Source: Podarcis bocagei
Lineage: Eukaryota
DNA: 64,000 nt
Assembly: GCA_964188305.1 (NCBI GenBank)
Contig: OZ076886.1
Strand: one strand, 5' to 3'
In this document: positions 64,000 through 64,000 of the stretch, piece after piece
Numbering within the stretch: position 1 is the first letter of the stretch
Layout: each line of letters opens with the position of its first letter
Made by a program: the position numbers and the translations under genes
Notes under the pieces: model-generated
Seen by the model: the letters and a program-made list of their open reading frames with translations, nothing else
Told to the model about the DNA's origin: nothing
Databases searched by the model: none

Positions 64000-64000
64000 G

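Overview
Vertebrate genomic DNA from a squamate reptile. Sauria SINE, Squam3-like SINE, CR1/L2/RTE remnants and Tc1/mariner-type MITEs point to a lizard, probably a lacertid (inference). Two spliced protein-coding genes lie in tandem on the + strand. (1) ARHGEF3 (XPLN, a RhoA/RhoB DH-PH GEF): a candidate alternative first exon at ~9633-9749 plus nine phase-consistent coding exons from 11643 to the stop at 21671, and a ~2 kb 3' UTR. (2) TASOR/FAM208A (HUSH complex scaffold): a CpG-island promoter and 15 phase-consistent coding exons (34412-62681, 850 codons), continuing past the window end. The ARHGEF3-to-TASOR order matches what I recall of the human locus. Most ORFs in the supplied track are spurious. 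I found no convincing wholly new biological system. The best leads are: an ARHGEF3 first exon whose expected AUG is replaced by AUU and overlapped by an AUG-UGA mini-uORF; a candidate spliced divergent transcript from the TASOR promoter; a decayed DIRS tyrosine-recombinase retroelement and an antisense solo LTR in TASOR introns; a 242-bp near-perfect copy of unique intronic DNA 9.4 kb away; a MITE nested in its own family; and a CpG-rich tandem array built of palindromes. All comparisons to human proteins are from memory and need database confirmation.
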